DNA of 61,466 nucleotides, filler included. It is 6 parts of 6 records of this genome, joined end to end, with 100 filler letters (N's around TTAATTAATTAA, not from the genome) between each part and the next. Parts side by side here need not be neighbours in the genome. Positions count along the whole stretch, not along the records: positions 55,944 to 61,466 come from DRR723986_27796; 5 more parts are not named here. One strand, 5' to 3'. Every line of letters starts with the position of its first letter. The first letter of the stretch is position 1. The notes under the pieces are model-generated. The model saw nothing but the letters and a program-made list of their open reading frames with translations, was not told the origin of the DNA and searched no databases. The translations under genes and the position numbers were made by a program. Below, piece by piece: positions 60,809 to 61,466 of the stretch.

Positions 60809-61466
60809 GGTCTTTGCTCCGTCTCGGACCGCGCGGCCAGCAGGCCGGGCAGATCGTACCATGCCGCGACCATGTGGCCGGGCATGTCGCCGACCTCGCG
60901 CAGGGGCGGCACCTCGCGGTGGCAGCGCTCTGTGGCGAAGGGGTTGCGCGGCGCGAAGGGATCGCCGGGGGGCGGATTGGCCATGTCGGGCGGGCTGCCG
61001 GGGATCTGGTAGAGGCGCCGCTGCGTTCGCGCGCCCTCGTCCGGGAGGGAGTTCAGAAGCCCCCAGGTATAGGCCGAGCGCGGGTCGTGGAAGACCGGGC
61101 GCACGGGCCCGCGTTCCATGATGCGGCCGCCGTACATGACTTGGATCGTGTCGGCGAGTTCCGCCACCACGCCCATGTCGTGGGTGATCCAGATGACGGT
61201 GGTGCCGAAATCGCGCTTCAGCTGCCGCACGAGGTCGAGGATCTGGGCCTGCACGGTGACATCCAGCGCCGTCGTCGCCTCGTCCGCGATCAGCAGGCGC
61301 GGGTTGCAGGCCATGCCGATGGCGATCATCACCCGCTGGCGCATCCCGCCCGAGAATTCATGAGGATATTGCGACAGCCGCGCCTCGGGATGGGGGATGC
61401 CGACGATGTCCAGCAGTTCGACCATGCGGGCCTTCAGCTTTCGGCCGGTGAGGTCGGTGTGGCGGG
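60805..61466 (-). CDS. Oligopeptide ABC ATPase (OppD-like), 5' truncated
   Basis: [36 protein letters not shown]. Confidence 0.93.

Overview
The window is not one locus. It is six unrelated contigs joined by 100-nt N linkers, each containing TTAATTAATTAA; the taxon labels below are inferred from gene content and composition. (1) 1-10794: one giant 3413-aa secreted protein with five Ig(CARDB-like)+beta-helix modules and a dockerin-like C-terminal domain (FCB-group-like). (2) 10895-28136: a dense alphaproteobacterial catabolic island that matches no pathway I recognise. It holds a PhyH-type dioxygenase, LysR, SAM methyltransferase plus small partner, flavin monooxygenase, two MFS transporters, ALDH, RutD-like hydrolase, cupin, ornithine cyclodeaminase-like protein, a Cys-less ICL/PEPM enzyme, FAD oxidase, IclR and a GMC oxidoreductase, and ends at a partial transketolase/PDH-E1-like gene. 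(3) 28237-36603: Burkholderiales housekeeping region (lnt', corC, miaB, coq7, osmC-like, rplM, rpsI, argC, DUF6776-like, bactofilin, erpA, AEC transporter') with a well-defined anti-Shine-Dalgarno sRNA candidate. (4) 36704-50163: planctomycete region (yhaM-like, diheme cytochrome-domain protein, Ser/Thr kinase, thiO-like, PP2C, hydrolase, floA, mnmA, SMUG1) bounded by inverted REP-like repeats. (5) 50264-55843: gammaproteobacterial tuf' followed by three small genes and the S10 operon, with a structured rpsJ-rplC spacer. (6) 55944-61466: GC-rich Rhodobacteraceae-like Opp/Dpp ABC transporter with a cytoplasmic BisC-like molybdoenzyme. The best novelty candidates are the catabolic island, the giant modular protein and the non-coding RNA elements. 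All calls come from reading motifs by eye; no database searches were run.
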